Assembly (NCBI GenBank): GCA_963710455.1
Contig: CAVQAG010000013.1
Coordinates: forward strand, 661,290 to 725,289
Origin: an uncultured delta proteobacterium
GTDB taxonomy: Bacteria; Desulfobacterota; Binatia; Binatales; Binataceae
Reading direction: 5' to 3'
Length of the DNA stretch: 64,000 nt
Position 1 is the stretch's first letter; every line of letters starts with the position of its first letter. Below are positions 10,301 to 19,752 of this stretch, piece after piece. Under the pieces are notes generated by a model. That model was not told where the DNA came from. It saw nothing but the letters and a program-made list of their open reading frames with translations, and did not search any database. The position numbers and the translations under genes are program-made.

Positions 10301-10990
10301 ATGACCGAACCCGTTTCAGCCGAGGTGCTCGACCAGTTGGGTGTATTCGCCCTGCGTTACGTCAAACCCGGCCAGACCGTGGGGCTGGGAACCGGACACG
10401 CGGCCTCGGCCTTCATTCGGGCGCTCGGCCAGCGCGGCATCAAAGTCCGCGGCATTCCGACGTCGGCGGCCAGCGCCGAGCTCGCGCGTTCGTTCGGGAT
10501 CGAGGTGGTGGCGCTCGACGGCAAGGCGCGCCTCGACGTCGATATCGACGGCGCTGACGAGTTCGATCCCCGGCTCAACCTCATCAAGGGCTATGGCGGT
10601 GCGATGGTGCGCGAGAAGATCGTCGCCTGCGCCTCGCGCAAGGTCGTCATCCTGGTCGGCGCGGAAAAGCGCGTGAACCGTCTCGGCGAGCGCCACCGGC
10701 TGCCGGTCGAGGTCGTGCCGTTCGCGGCGCACTACGCGATGCGCCGCATGCGAGAGTTGGGACTTAAGCCGGCGGTCCGAATCGGCGCCGACGGCCGCGA
10801 GTTTCTGAGTGACAACGGCAACCTGGTGATGGACTGCGGGATAGGCAGGATCGAAGCTCCCGCCCGTCTCGAACGCGAGCTGATCGCGATTCCTGGCGTG
10901 GTCGGTACCGGGCTCTTTATCGGTATTGCCAACGTCGTCCTGGTCGCCAACCACGACGGCTCGATCACCAGGCTGGAGCGCCGTCGCTAG
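10301..10990 (+). CDS. rpiA: ribose-5-phosphate isomerase A
   Basis: RpiA blocks GLGTGHAAS, DGADEFD, KGYGGAMVREK. ATG at 10301, inside the longer ORF 9860..10990. Confidence 0.9.
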   Translation: MTEPVSAEVLDQLGVFALRYVKPGQTVGLGTGHAASAFIRALGQRGIKVRGIPTSAASAELARSFGIEVVALDGKARLDVDIDGADEFDPRLNLIKGYGGAMVREKIVACASRKVVILVGAEKRVNRLGERHRLPVEVVPFAAHYAMRRMRELGLKPAVRIGADGREFLSDNGNLVMDCGIGRIEAPARLERELIAIPGVVGTGLFIGIANVVLVANHDGSITRLERRR

Positions 10991-11013
10991 GCGGACCAGG
11001 CGCGGGTGGCTCG

Positions 11014-12399
11014 ATGGATGAAGCTTCGGCAGGTTCGGCCAACTCGCGCGCCCGGCGCGACTTGACGCGCATCTATGCCGCCGCCGTCTCGGCGGTTGCG
11101 CCGGCGCATTTGATCGGACGCGCGCTTGGTGGCGAAATCGAGGGCGCAGAGAAAATTCCCGCGCTGCTTGCAGGCGCGGCGCGGATTTTTCTGCTCGCGG
11201 CCGGCAAGGCGGCGCTCGGGATGGCGACCGAGCTTGCGCCGCGCCTGGGCCCGAAGCTTAACGACGCGCTAGCGATCGTTCCATCGTCGCCATCGATGCC
11301 CGTCGCTGCCGGCGGTGGATCCGGTACGCAGGCCCCGCCGCCTGCCGCGTCGCACGGGCCGATTCGCATAATCGCGGCGGCCCATCCGGTGCCCGGCGCG
11401 TCATCGCAGCGGGTCGCCGAGGCCGCCCTCGAAATGGCCCGGCTCGCGGGCCCCGGCGATCTGCTGGTGTTCGCGCTGAGCGGCGGCGCGTCATCGCTGA
11501 TGGTCGCGCCGGCTGCGCCGGTTACCCTGGCGGACAAGATTGCAATCAACGCGGCGTTGCTTGGATCCGGGGCGTCGATTCGCGAGCTCAATATCGTCCG
11601 TCGCCACCTATCGGCGATAAAGGGCGGCGGACTGTTGCGGGTTTGCGGCGGCGCTCAAGTGCTGAGCCTCATCCTCTCGGACGTGGCCAGCAACGATCTC
11701 GCAACAATCGGTTCGGGACCGACCGCCGCCGATCCGACCACTTTCGCCGAAGCCATCGGCGTGCTCAAACGCCGTGCCCTGTGGGGCCGCGCGCCAGAAG
11801 CGATCCGCGATCGGCTCGAGCGCGGTGCGGCGGCCGAGATAGCGGAGACGGTCAAGCCCGGCGACCCGCTGCTCGCGCGCGCCGACAATTTCGTAATCGG
11901 CGACAACCGTATCGCACTTGACGCTGCTGCCGTCACCGCCGCCGCGGCCGGCTACACGGTCGACCGATGGCGCGATCTGTATGGCGAGGCCGACGACGTG
12001 GGCCGCGCGCTGAGTGCCCATCTGGCGGCGATTGGCGGCGAGCGGGTGTGCGTGCTCGCTGGCGGTGAGCCCGTGGTCACGCTACGTGGGCAGGGGCGGG
12101 GAGGACGTGCGCAGCAGGCGGCGCTGGCGATGGCGCTCGAGCTGGAACGCCTCGGGCGCGAGCGGCGCATCCTGGCGCTCTTCGCAGGCACCGACGGGAT
12201 CGACGGCCCGACCGACGCGGCAGGGGCGTTCGTCTCGCCGCGCATGGTGGAGCGCGCGCGCGAGGCGGGACTCGATCCCGGCGCGGCACTGGCGCGCAAC
12301 GACGCCTACCCGATTTTTGCCGCGCTCGGCGATCTTCTGCTGACGGGGCCGACGGGGACCAACGTCTCGGATATATTCATAGGATTGGTCAACTACTGA
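11014..12399 (+). CDS. glycerate 2-kinase / hydroxypyruvate reductase-type (DUF4147 + MOFRL)
   Basis: 461-aa ORF with characteristic LSGGASSL, SDVASNDLATIGSGPT and a C-terminal GPTGTNVSD. Confidence 0.8.
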   Translation: MDEASAGSANSRARRDLTRIYAAAVSAVAPAHLIGRALGGEIEGAEKIPALLAGAARIFLLAAGKAALGMATELAPRLGPKLNDALAIVPSSPSMPVAAGGGSGTQAPPPAASHGPIRIIAAAHPVPGASSQRVAEAALEMARLAGPGDLLVFALSGGASSLMVAPAAPVTLADKIAINAALLGSGASIRELNIVRRHLSAIKGGGLLRVCGGAQVLSLILSDVASNDLATIGSGPTAADPTTFAEAIGVLKRRALWGRAPEAIRDRLERGAAAEIAETVKPGDPLLARADNFVIGDNRIALDAAAVTAAAAGYTVDRWRDLYGEADDVGRALSAHLAAIGGERVCVLAGGEPVVTLRGQGRGGRAQQAALAMALELERLGRERRILALFAGTDGIDGPTDAAGAFVSPRMVERAREAGLDPGAALARNDAYPIFAALGDLLLTGPTGTNVSDIFIGLVNY

Positions 12400-12465
12400 T
12401 CGCGGGCCCTGCCGGCTCGCGATCGCGCTCATTTCGAGATTCAACCGGAGAGAAGTAGAGGCGGA

Positions 12466-13587
12466 ATGGCGAGGACGGCAGCAAAGTCGGGTGGCAGCGG
12501 TGTGCATCACGGCAAGGTGGGCCACGGCAGAGCAAACAGCAAAGTAAACAATGACGGGCGGCGCGGCCCGCGCGGCAAAGGCGAGGGGACGCCGCACGTG
12601 ACGCTCATTCCGGGCGATGGGGTGGGGCCAGAAGTTATCGGAGCGGCCGTCCAGGTGATCGAGGCGGTCGGGGTTAAAATCGACTGGGATCGGCAGCTGG
12701 CCGGTGCGATCGCGCTTCGGCGATTCGGCTCGCCTGTGCCCGACCAGCTTATCGATTCCCTCAAATCGACCAAGGTCGCGCTGAAGGGGCCGCTCGAGAC
12801 GCGGGTGGGCGAGGGCTATCGCTCGATCAACGTATACCTGCGCAAACTTTTCGAGCTTTACGCCAACGTCCGCCCGGTGCGCACGCAGGCCGGAGTGCAC
12901 ACGCCTTTTAAGGGCGTCGACATTATCGTGATCCGCGAGAACACCGAAGATCTCTACGCCGGCATCGAGCATCAGGTGGCACCGGGCGTGGTCGAGAGTG
13001 TGAAGATTATAACTGCGCGGGCCTCGAGCCGGATCGCGCGCTTCGCCTTCGAATACGCGCGCGCGAACCATCGCCACCAGGTAACCGTGATTCACAAGGC
13101 CAACATCATGAAGCTGTCCGACGGGCTTTTTCTGAAATGCGCGCAACGCGTGGCCCGCGACTATCGCGATATCGAGTACAAGGAACAGATCGTGGACGCC
13201 GCCTGCATGCGGCTGGTGACCAATCCGCATGCATTCGACGTGTTGCTGCTGGAAAACCTCTACGGCGACATCGTGTCCGACCTCTGCGCGGGACTCGTCG
13301 GCGGACTGGGCTTTGTGCCAGGCGCGAATTATGGACAGCATGGCGCGATTTTCGAGACCGTCCACGGCACCGCGCCCGATATCGCGGGCAAAGGTATTGC
13401 CAATCCGGTCGCGGCGATAAAGACCGGCGCGTTGCTGCTCGATTATCTAGGGTACGGCAGCGCTAGCGACCGGATCCGCGCGGCGGTAAACGCGGTGCTG
13501 CGCGCGGGACGGGTGGTGACGCCGGATATCGGCGGTAAGGCGACCACCGCGGACATGACGGTGGCGATCACCCGCGCGCTCAAATAA
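12466..13587 (+). CDS. NAD-type isocitrate / homoisocitrate dehydrogenase family
   Basis: Motifs LIPGDGVGPEV, IRENTEDLY, NLYGDIVSDL, HGTAPDIAGK. Start is uncertain: ATG at 12466 has a GAGG site, and an alternative GTG at 12598 would remove a basic 44-aa leader. Confidence 0.85.
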   Translation: MARTAAKSGGSGVHHGKVGHGRANSKVNNDGRRGPRGKGEGTPHVTLIPGDGVGPEVIGAAVQVIEAVGVKIDWDRQLAGAIALRRFGSPVPDQLIDSLKSTKVALKGPLETRVGEGYRSINVYLRKLFELYANVRPVRTQAGVHTPFKGVDIIVIRENTEDLYAGIEHQVAPGVVESVKIITARASSRIARFAFEYARANHRHQVTVIHKANIMKLSDGLFLKCAQRVARDYRDIEYKEQIVDAACMRLVTNPHAFDVLLLENLYGDIVSDLCAGLVGGLGFVPGANYGQHGAIFETVHGTAPDIAGKGIANPVAAIKTGALLLDYLGYGSASDRIRAAVNAVLRAGRVVTPDIGGKATTADMTVAITRALK

Positions 13588-13661
13588 CGAATTATCGTTT
13601 GGCACTCCGGCGCTCGTGGCGCCCTTTTCCGCATGATCGCGCTTAGCTATGTATTTTCATC

Positions 13662-14267
13662 ATGAGCAAGCCGCCGGTATCTGACGAACTCGCCCAACGT
13701 GTTCCCCCCGGCCAGCACCTGGTCGAAAAGCTTCCTGTCCTGAGCTACGGGCAGACGCCGCGCTTCAATCCCAAGAAGTGGGACTTCCGAATCTTCGGCA
13801 TGGTCGAGGACGAGTTGCGCCTTTCGTACGAGGAATTCCGCGCGTTGCCGCTTAGCCGTCAGCGCGCCGACTTTCACTGCGTTACCACCTGGTCGAGGCT
13901 GGACAATGTCTGGGAGGGCTTAAGGACGGTCGACCTGATGGCGCGCGTGCGGCTTAAACCCGAGGCGCGTCATGTCGTCGTGTACTGCGACGGCGGCTAC
14001 ACAACCAATTTGCCGCTGGAGGAGTTTGTCGGCGAAGACGTGATGCTGGCCTGGCGGCACGACGGGCGCGATCTCGAGCCCGACCACGGCTGGCCGCTCA
14101 GGCTGGTGGTGCCGAAGCTCTATGGATGGAAGAGCGCGAAGTGGGTGCGCGCGATCGAATTCATCTCCGAGGATCGGCGCGGCTTCTGGGAACTGCGCGG
14201 CTACCATAACCATGCCGATCCATGGACCGAGGAACGGTACTCGTTCCAGGAAGATTCCGAAGATTGA
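13662..14267 (+). CDS. sulfite oxidase-like molybdopterin oxidoreductase (YedY/MsrP-like catalytic domain)
   Basis: 201-aa ORF with FHCVTTWS and GWPLRLVVPKLYGWKSAKWV blocks. Confidence 0.8.
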   Translation: MSKPPVSDELAQRVPPGQHLVEKLPVLSYGQTPRFNPKKWDFRIFGMVEDELRLSYEEFRALPLSRQRADFHCVTTWSRLDNVWEGLRTVDLMARVRLKPEARHVVVYCDGGYTTNLPLEEFVGEDVMLAWRHDGRDLEPDHGWPLRLVVPKLYGWKSAKWVRAIEFISEDRRGFWELRGYHNHADPWTEERYSFQEDSED

Positions 14268-14614
14268 GTATCTTCTCTACATCAACTGTCGCAGGGACCA
14301 GAATCACCCTGCCGTCGGGTTCCACGAGAAATTCCAGCCGATCGCCCGCCTTGAGCGCTCCAAGCATCCTGATGCTCCTCGATCTGCACGGTAACCTTCG
14401 ACCGCGGGGCCGCGCGCGTAGTAGCGGCTTCTCACTTCTTTAGCCAGCAGCACGCCTTTAGTCCGAGACGCGTGCGGGGCGCAGGCTGCCGGTCGAACCA
14501 TTGAATTAGCTGAACGGTAGCATCTGGGCTAAGTTCAGGCTCGTATCGCGCGATGGTCTTTGAGGCCAGGGCGCGATAGAAGACAAGTCAATCATTTTCC
14601 TCCAGCGAACGCCG

Positions 14615-15272
14615 ATGTGGTGCTCCAGCTGCGACTTCGACAATGCTCCCGGCAAGAAGTTCTGTATTCGATGCGGCGCTGAACTGAGCTTACGTTGCGC
14701 GAAGTGCGGCTCCGGTAATCCGCCAGGTGCGAGCTTCTGTGGCGATTGCGGCGCTACGCTATTCCAGCCAACGGCCGCTCCGCCCTCATCGCCGCCCCTG
14801 GGTGTTGAACGCGTCGAATCACGCAAAGTGCCGGAGGGCGAGCATCGCCAGCTGACGGTAATGTTCTGCGATGTGGTCGGCTCGACTCCGCTCTCGGAGC
14901 AGCTGGACCCCGAGGAGTTACGCGAGCTGATGCGCGCGTACCAGGAGATCTGCGTTCCAGCGATCAGCTCCTTCGATGGCTACGTTGCCCAATATCTCGG
15001 GGATGGATTGCTGGCGTACCTCGGCTATCCGACCGCGCACGAAGATGATGCCGCCCGCGCGGCGCGAGCCGGCTTGGCCATCGTCGAGAAAGTGCAGGGC
15101 GCCCAATTGCTCCATCCGATCCACAATAAGCCTCGCTCGGTTGCTCGCACAGCAGGGCCGCAAGGACGAAGGGCGCGCGATGCTGGCCAAAATTTACGGC
15201 TGGTTCAGCGAAGGCTTCGACACGCGCGACCTGAAGGACGCTAAGGCGCTGCTCGAGGAGTTGAGCGGCTAG
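14615..15272 (+). pseudogene. remnant of a zinc-ribbon / class III adenylate cyclase / STAND-TPR protein with an internal deletion
   Basis: Frame 1 gives a double zinc ribbon (CSSCDF..CIRCG, CAKCG..CGDCG) and the first half of a cyclase domain (LTVMFCDVVGST). From about 15100-15140 a different frame encodes the typical extreme C-terminus LARLLAQQGRKDEGRAMLAKIYGWFSEGFDTRDLKDAKALLEELSG. Confidence 0.6.
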
Positions 15273-15303
15273 GCGCGCTGTGAGATGCTCGCAGGCCGTT
15301 CTC

Positions 15304-15978
15304 TTATTGATTCTTGGATGGTGTTGAACCGTCACTGAAGCGGAACGGGCGGGCGCGGCCGGCGCGCAACTCGCCGCACAGCCCCTCGACGTCGCTGACT
15401 GGCCGCTCGAGCTCGGTCGCACAGGTCAAAAACCATTTCGGCGTCACGAAGTGCGCGTCGCTGCCGCCGACCCCAACCAGCCCAAGTTTCTCCATCGCAA
15501 CCGACGCCGCGTCATTCTCGCGCGGCGAGTTTTGCCCGTTGAGCGCTTCGATCACGCCGAGCGCAGCGCCGTGGCGCGCGAGCAGATCGTCAAGCTGCGG
15601 ACCAAAGCCCGAGTCGCGAAACGGATGCGCCGGAATCGCGATTCCGCCCTCGCCATGGATGACTTCGATCAGCGTCTCGCTCTTGAGCATCCGCGAACTC
15701 AAATCGAAGCGGCGCAGCACTTCGCGCGTCACCCCGAACAGCAACAGGTGGCCGAGATTGGTGTCGGCCTCGATACCCTTGAACACCATCACGCCAAACT
15801 GCTCCGTCAGCTCGGCGTAGCGCCTGTCGAGATCAGGATCGGCGGGGAACAGGCGATGCTCGGTGAAACAGATAGCGTCCAGGCGGCGCGGACCGCGCGC
15901 CGCGGCTTCGACGTACAGCTCAGGCGCGACGTTGGAATCCGAAGAGAGCAGAGTGTGGACGTGCAGGTCGATGAGCAT
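15304..15978 (-). CDS. PHP-domain metal-dependent phosphoesterase
   Basis: Begins MLIDLHVHT (ATG at 15976-15978) and later has GGSDAH. Confidence 0.8.
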   Translation of the reverse strand: MLIDLHVHTLLSSDSNVAPELYVEAAARGPRRLDAICFTEHRLFPADPDLDRRYAELTEQFGVMVFKGIEADTNLGHLLLFGVTREVLRRFDLSSRMLKSETLIEVIHGEGGIAIPAHPFRDSGFGPQLDDLLARHGAALGVIEALNGQNSPRENDAASVAMEKLGLVGVGGSDAHFVTPKWFLTCATELERPVSDVEGLCGELRAGRARPFRFSDGSTPSKNQ

Positions 15979-16064
15979 GACGCGAAGATCCTCACATTTG
16001 CCGGTGCGGCCTGGAAAGACAGGCCCCTGCGCGCGACGTTTTGCGACGCCGTCGCGTACGTTTC

Positions 16065-17747
16065 TTATGGAGAGCCGCTGTTCTGTATTTTGATGTGATC
16101 GTTGAGCGAAGCGACGCCCGCGACATTCAACGCCAGCATCTGCACCATCGCCCTGTCGGTAGGGTCCGGCACAGTCCCCCACAATTCCATCGTGCCGCCG
16201 ACCATTTTGAAGTGCACGCCGGTCAGTCCGCCCGCGTCGAGTGCGGCGCGAAAAGCCTCCAGCCGGGCGGTAAGAAACTCCGGCGTCGAGGGCGGCGAGT
16301 CAAGGGAAGGCGCGCCGGGCTCGGCGTCGGGCGCCGGCGCGTCGGGTGCGGGTGCCGCGGGCACGGGAGCGTCGGCGCGCGTCGCGTCGGGCGGTCTGCC
16401 ATCCGAATCGTTGACGTTGAGGCACGAGATCACTCGCACCGCCGCGAAAGCGCTCGCAAAGATCAAGATTAGGATCAAGATGGGACGGCGCGCGCCGTGC
16501 CGGCGATTGTAAAGCGGCGTGCGGCGCACCGGCACCCGCGCGGGGTCATCTATCGAAGATGGCGTCGACGATGGGCCCGAGGGCGGCACCGAGAGTAGCA
16601 CCGTCGCCGCTTCGTGATCGCCCGCGACGCCGTCCTTATCGGGCGCGTAGGCAGGCGCATAACTGACCTCCGCACCGCAAAAGGAACAGAAGTGCGAGTC
16701 GGAGGGAATTGCACGCCGGCACTTCGGACAATCGATTTCCGATTCCGTACGAAGCACCGTGGGCGCCGAAGGCGACACGGGCCGCGGCGCGCCGCCGCTT
16801 CCCAGCGGCAGCCGAAGCTGCGACCGGGCGGCTTTCGAAGCCGCGTGCGAGGGCGCCGCTGATGGTGCTTCTCCCGGAGCAGGCCGACCAGCTTCGGTGT
16901 TAACGTCACCGCCCGCTGACGACGTTGCGGCGTTTGTCGGCGCGACGCCGTCGCGTAAGTCCTGTAAACGCCGCCTGAACTCATCCGCGCTTGGCACCCG
17001 ATGCTCGACGTCGTAGGCGAGCGCCTCGTCGACCAGCGTCGCGAGCGTCGGCTTGATGCCGGGGCATAGCGTGGCAAGCGGCGGAAAGCTGAAGGGTGCT
17101 TCGGTAGCTGGGTCGCGGCCGCTTAGCGCATGATGCATCGTTGCGCCGAGAGCATAGAGGTCCGAGCGTAGCTCGACCTTGCCGCGATATTGCTCGGGCG
17201 GCGCGTAGCCTTGGGTGCCGATCATGGTGGCATTCTGCTGCGGCTGAAAATGGCGCGCGATCCCGAAGTCGATTAGCTTCGCCTGCCCGTTGGCCATCAT
17301 CATCACGTTGGACGGCTTGAGATCGCGGTAAATCACCGGCGGCTCGAGTCCGTGCAGGTAGGCGAGGGTATCGAGGATTTGCAGCGCGATGTCGATGACG
17401 CGCGGCTCGCTCAGCCGGCCGCCCGTACGCTTCATCTCCTCCTCGAGCGTCGAGCCGTCGACATATTCCATCACCAGGTAGTGATGGTTCTGTTCGCTGA
17501 AGCGGTCGAAGACGCGCGGGATATGCTCGTTGTTGAGCCGCGCCAGCATGTCGGCCTCGCGCTGGAAAGCCTCAACCGCCTGGCGCTGCGCGTCGGGATT
17601 GGTGAAATTGTCGACCACCTCGGCCAGCGCGCAACGGCGCGCGGCGAGGCGCAAATCCTCGGCCAGATATACCAGCTTCATCCCGCCGCCACCGAGCGGC
17701 TTCACGACCCTGTAGCGGCCGCCGATTATGGTGTTGGGTGCAATCAT
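16065..17747 (-). CDS. Ser/Thr protein kinase with zinc ribbon, TM segment and C-terminal BON-like domain
   Basis: 560-aa ORF. Kinase motifs YRDLKPSN, DFG, GYAPPE. Then CPKCRR...CSFCG, a hydrophobic segment ILILILIFASAFAAV, a Pro/Ala-rich linker and a BON-like end. Confidence 0.9.
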   Translation of the reverse strand: MIAPNTIIGGRYRVVKPLGGGGMKLVYLAEDLRLAARRCALAEVVDNFTNPDAQRQAVEAFQREADMLARLNNEHIPRVFDRFSEQNHHYLVMEYVDGSTLEEEMKRTGGRLSEPRVIDIALQILDTLAYLHGLEPPVIYRDLKPSNVMMMANGQAKLIDFGIARHFQPQQNATMIGTQGYAPPEQYRGKVELRSDLYALGATMHHALSGRDPATEAPFSFPPLATLCPGIKPTLATLVDEALAYDVEHRVPSADEFRRRLQDLRDGVAPTNAATSSAGGDVNTEAGRPAPGEAPSAAPSHAASKAARSQLRLPLGSGGAPRPVSPSAPTVLRTESEIDCPKCRRAIPSDSHFCSFCGAEVSYAPAYAPDKDGVAGDHEAATVLLSVPPSGPSSTPSSIDDPARVPVRRTPLYNRRHGARRPILILILIFASAFAAVRVISCLNVNDSDGRPPDATRADAPVPAAPAPDAPAPDAEPGAPSLDSPPSTPEFLTARLEAFRAALDAGGLTGVHFKMVGGTMELWGTVPDPTDRAMVQMLALNVAGVASLNDHIKIQNSGSP

Positions 17748-17763
17748 CGCGCAGGCGCGGTAA

Positions 17764-18141
17764 TTATTGCGGGCGCTGCCCCGCCGTCAACGCTCCGGAT
17801 GCGCGAGTCCCGCGCCGCTCGGCATCGAGCGCGGCGGCGCGCGCCGCCGACACCGCGCATACCAGGTGAATCAGCACTCCCAGCGAGGGCGAGATGTTGT
17901 AGGCCCAGAGCGTTCCGAAAAACCATCCAATCGCTCGTCCGGTGCGCCCGGCGTAAAAATGACCGAGCCCCGGTACCACGCTTAGCACGACGGCGACTAT
18001 CGCGGGCGAAGCCATGTCGTCGAGCCATCGCTGAGTGCCCAACTTCGCGCCGCATCGCTTGCAGAAGACGGCTTGGGCGACGGTCACCGGCTGTCCGCAT
18101 TGCGAGCAGAAGCGCGCCCGCGTGGTTGCCGTATCAGCCAT
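17764..18141 (-). CDS. zinc-ribbon membrane protein
   Basis: Only the last 125 aa of ORF 17764..18516 look coding: MADTATTRARFCSQCG...CKRCG followed by two hydrophobic helices. ATG at 18139-18141. Confidence 0.55.
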   Translation of the reverse strand: MADTATTRARFCSQCGQPVTVAQAVFCKRCGAKLGTQRWLDDMASPAIVAVVLSVVPGLGHFYAGRTGRAIGWFFGTLWAYNISPSLGVLIHLVCAVSAARAAALDAERRGTRASGALTAGQRPQ

Positions 18142-18178
18142 GTCCGGTTCAGCCGTGCCCGAGTAGGAAATCCCGCTA

Positions 18179-19504
18179 TCAGCCATGGAACACGAACGGC
18201 GCGTCGCCCAGCCGCACGTCGTCGCCGTTAACGAGTTGGCGCGCATCGTCGATCCGCTGGCCGCGGACGAAGGTGCCGTTCTGGCTCGACAGATCGCGCA
18301 GCGCGAAACCGCCATTGTGGGGTACGATAGTCGCGTGGCGGCGCGACACCGAGGCGTCGGCGACCACGATATCATTGTCGACCGCCCGGCCGAGCGTGGT
18401 CGGCGCCTGCGAACGCAGCTCATAGCGGCGTCCGCTGGCGTCGACCAGGCACGGCGTCGCTGTCCGGCCAGCCTGCGGCGGAATCGCGGCCTGCGCGGGA
18501 TAGGCTGCCGCGCCATCTCGTCCCGGTGGACCGTTTTGACGCAACCCGCCGCCCCGCGGCCCGGCGCTCGCGCGTTTCAGATGGAAGCTCAATTCGTAGT
18601 CGGAAATTTTGATCCGGTCGCCCTCGTTCAGAGTGACCGTTTCGATCCGATTGCCGTTCACAACCACACCCTGCTGCACTGCCAGATTTTTCAGCACGTA
18701 GTTGTTGCCCTGGCGCTCGATCACTGCATGGCGCGGCTGCACGCCGGAATCGCCGAAGAGCCCGACCAGGTTTTCTTCCGCGCGCCCGACCGTCGCCAAC
18801 CCGCGATCGATATTGAAGCTCCGGCCGCGCAGGCGGCCGGCCTCGACGTTAAGCCACGCACTCTTGGTCAGCTCTTGCACGAGCCCGATCAGCAACCCGA
18901 CCGCCAATCCGAGCGCGCAGAGGCCGAAGAGCCGCGCGTAGAGCCCGCTCGCGTTGGCCCCAATGATGTCGAAGGCCACACCGCCGACAAAGCCGCCGAC
19001 CCATCCGCCGACCGCACCCTTTACGATATTGCGCAGCGAGCCTCCGAGATCTTTGATCGAACCACTCGCCAGGCCCACGCCGGCGCCGCAGATGAAGCCC
19101 ATCAGGACCCATCCGATCACGCGCGCGATACGCAAGTAGATCTCCGAACCGGCCTGATTGGCACCCCATCCGCCGGCCGAAAGGATCATCGTGAAGACGA
19201 CGTTGGAGTAGTAAACCGCCGGCAACCCGATAAGGAAGCAGACCACAAGTCCGACCAGGAAGCGCCGCGTCACTGCCGGTGTGAATTGCAGGGTTTTGCC
19301 CTGCGCCGCGACGATCAAACCGCCAACCAGCCCCCAGAACAGCGCCATCGAGACCACGCCCTCGATTTGCGTCCACGCGTTCTCGACCTGCGTGATGGTA
19401 TGTCCGTGACTGACCGCTTCGACCGGAATCCAGCCAAGCGCGCCGCCGATAAGTCCAGCCAGCGCCATGAAGGTAAGCTCGCGCCGGTCAATCGCGTCGT
19501 TCAT
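18179..19504 (-). CDS. polytopic membrane protein with two C-terminal FHA domains
   Basis: 441-aa ORF with about six Gly-rich TM helices. Two FHA cores follow (TVGRAEEN...HAVIER..NGN and TLGRAVDNDIVV..VSRRHA...SQNGTFV). Confidence 0.85.
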   Translation of the reverse strand: MNDAIDRRELTFMALAGLIGGALGWIPVEAVSHGHTITQVENAWTQIEGVVSMALFWGLVGGLIVAAQGKTLQFTPAVTRRFLVGLVVCFLIGLPAVYYSNVVFTMILSAGGWGANQAGSEIYLRIARVIGWVLMGFICGAGVGLASGSIKDLGGSLRNIVKGAVGGWVGGFVGGVAFDIIGANASGLYARLFGLCALGLAVGLLIGLVQELTKSAWLNVEAGRLRGRSFNIDRGLATVGRAEENLVGLFGDSGVQPRHAVIERQGNNYVLKNLAVQQGVVVNGNRIETVTLNEGDRIKISDYELSFHLKRASAGPRGGGLRQNGPPGRDGAAAYPAQAAIPPQAGRTATPCLVDASGRRYELRSQAPTTLGRAVDNDIVVADASVSRRHATIVPHNGGFALRDLSSQNGTFVRGQRIDDARQLVNGDDVRLGDAPFVFHG

Positions 19505-19752
19505 CGCGGCGAACCCTTTTCAGGCCCTGGTATCTCGGGAATTGCAGTCTCGAGGATTGGCGCAAGCTCTGATGCGGAGTCTGGCAAAGCATTTATCTCG
19601 GATTTCGGCGCTCCTCAATATAATAACTCGGCTCGCGGACGCGGCAAACGTCTGGCGAAGTCCGACCCTATCATACACGGGCGGGTTGCCCCCTTCGCTG
19701 CAAACGGTGCATGATTCCGACTTCACGGACGTGCCATTCGCAGGAGGTTACG

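Noticed and set aside
12082-13365. 427-aa minus-strand ORF overlapping the glycerate kinase and IDH genes.
   Set aside because: It is antisense to two genes with clear family signatures. Its Arg/Ala/Pro-rich composition is typical of open antisense frames in high-GC DNA, and it has no recognisable domain.
14161-14501. Possible AbrB/MazE-type antitoxin. The C-terminal-like piece is LGALKAGDRLEFLVEPDGRVILVPATVDV, and an upstream piece in another frame is TKGVLLAKEVRS.
   Set aside because: The two pieces are in different frames and about 60 nt too far apart. The ORF runs about 100 nt into the convergent sulfite-oxidase-like gene, and no toxin partner is present. At best it is a decayed remnant, and the call is too weak.
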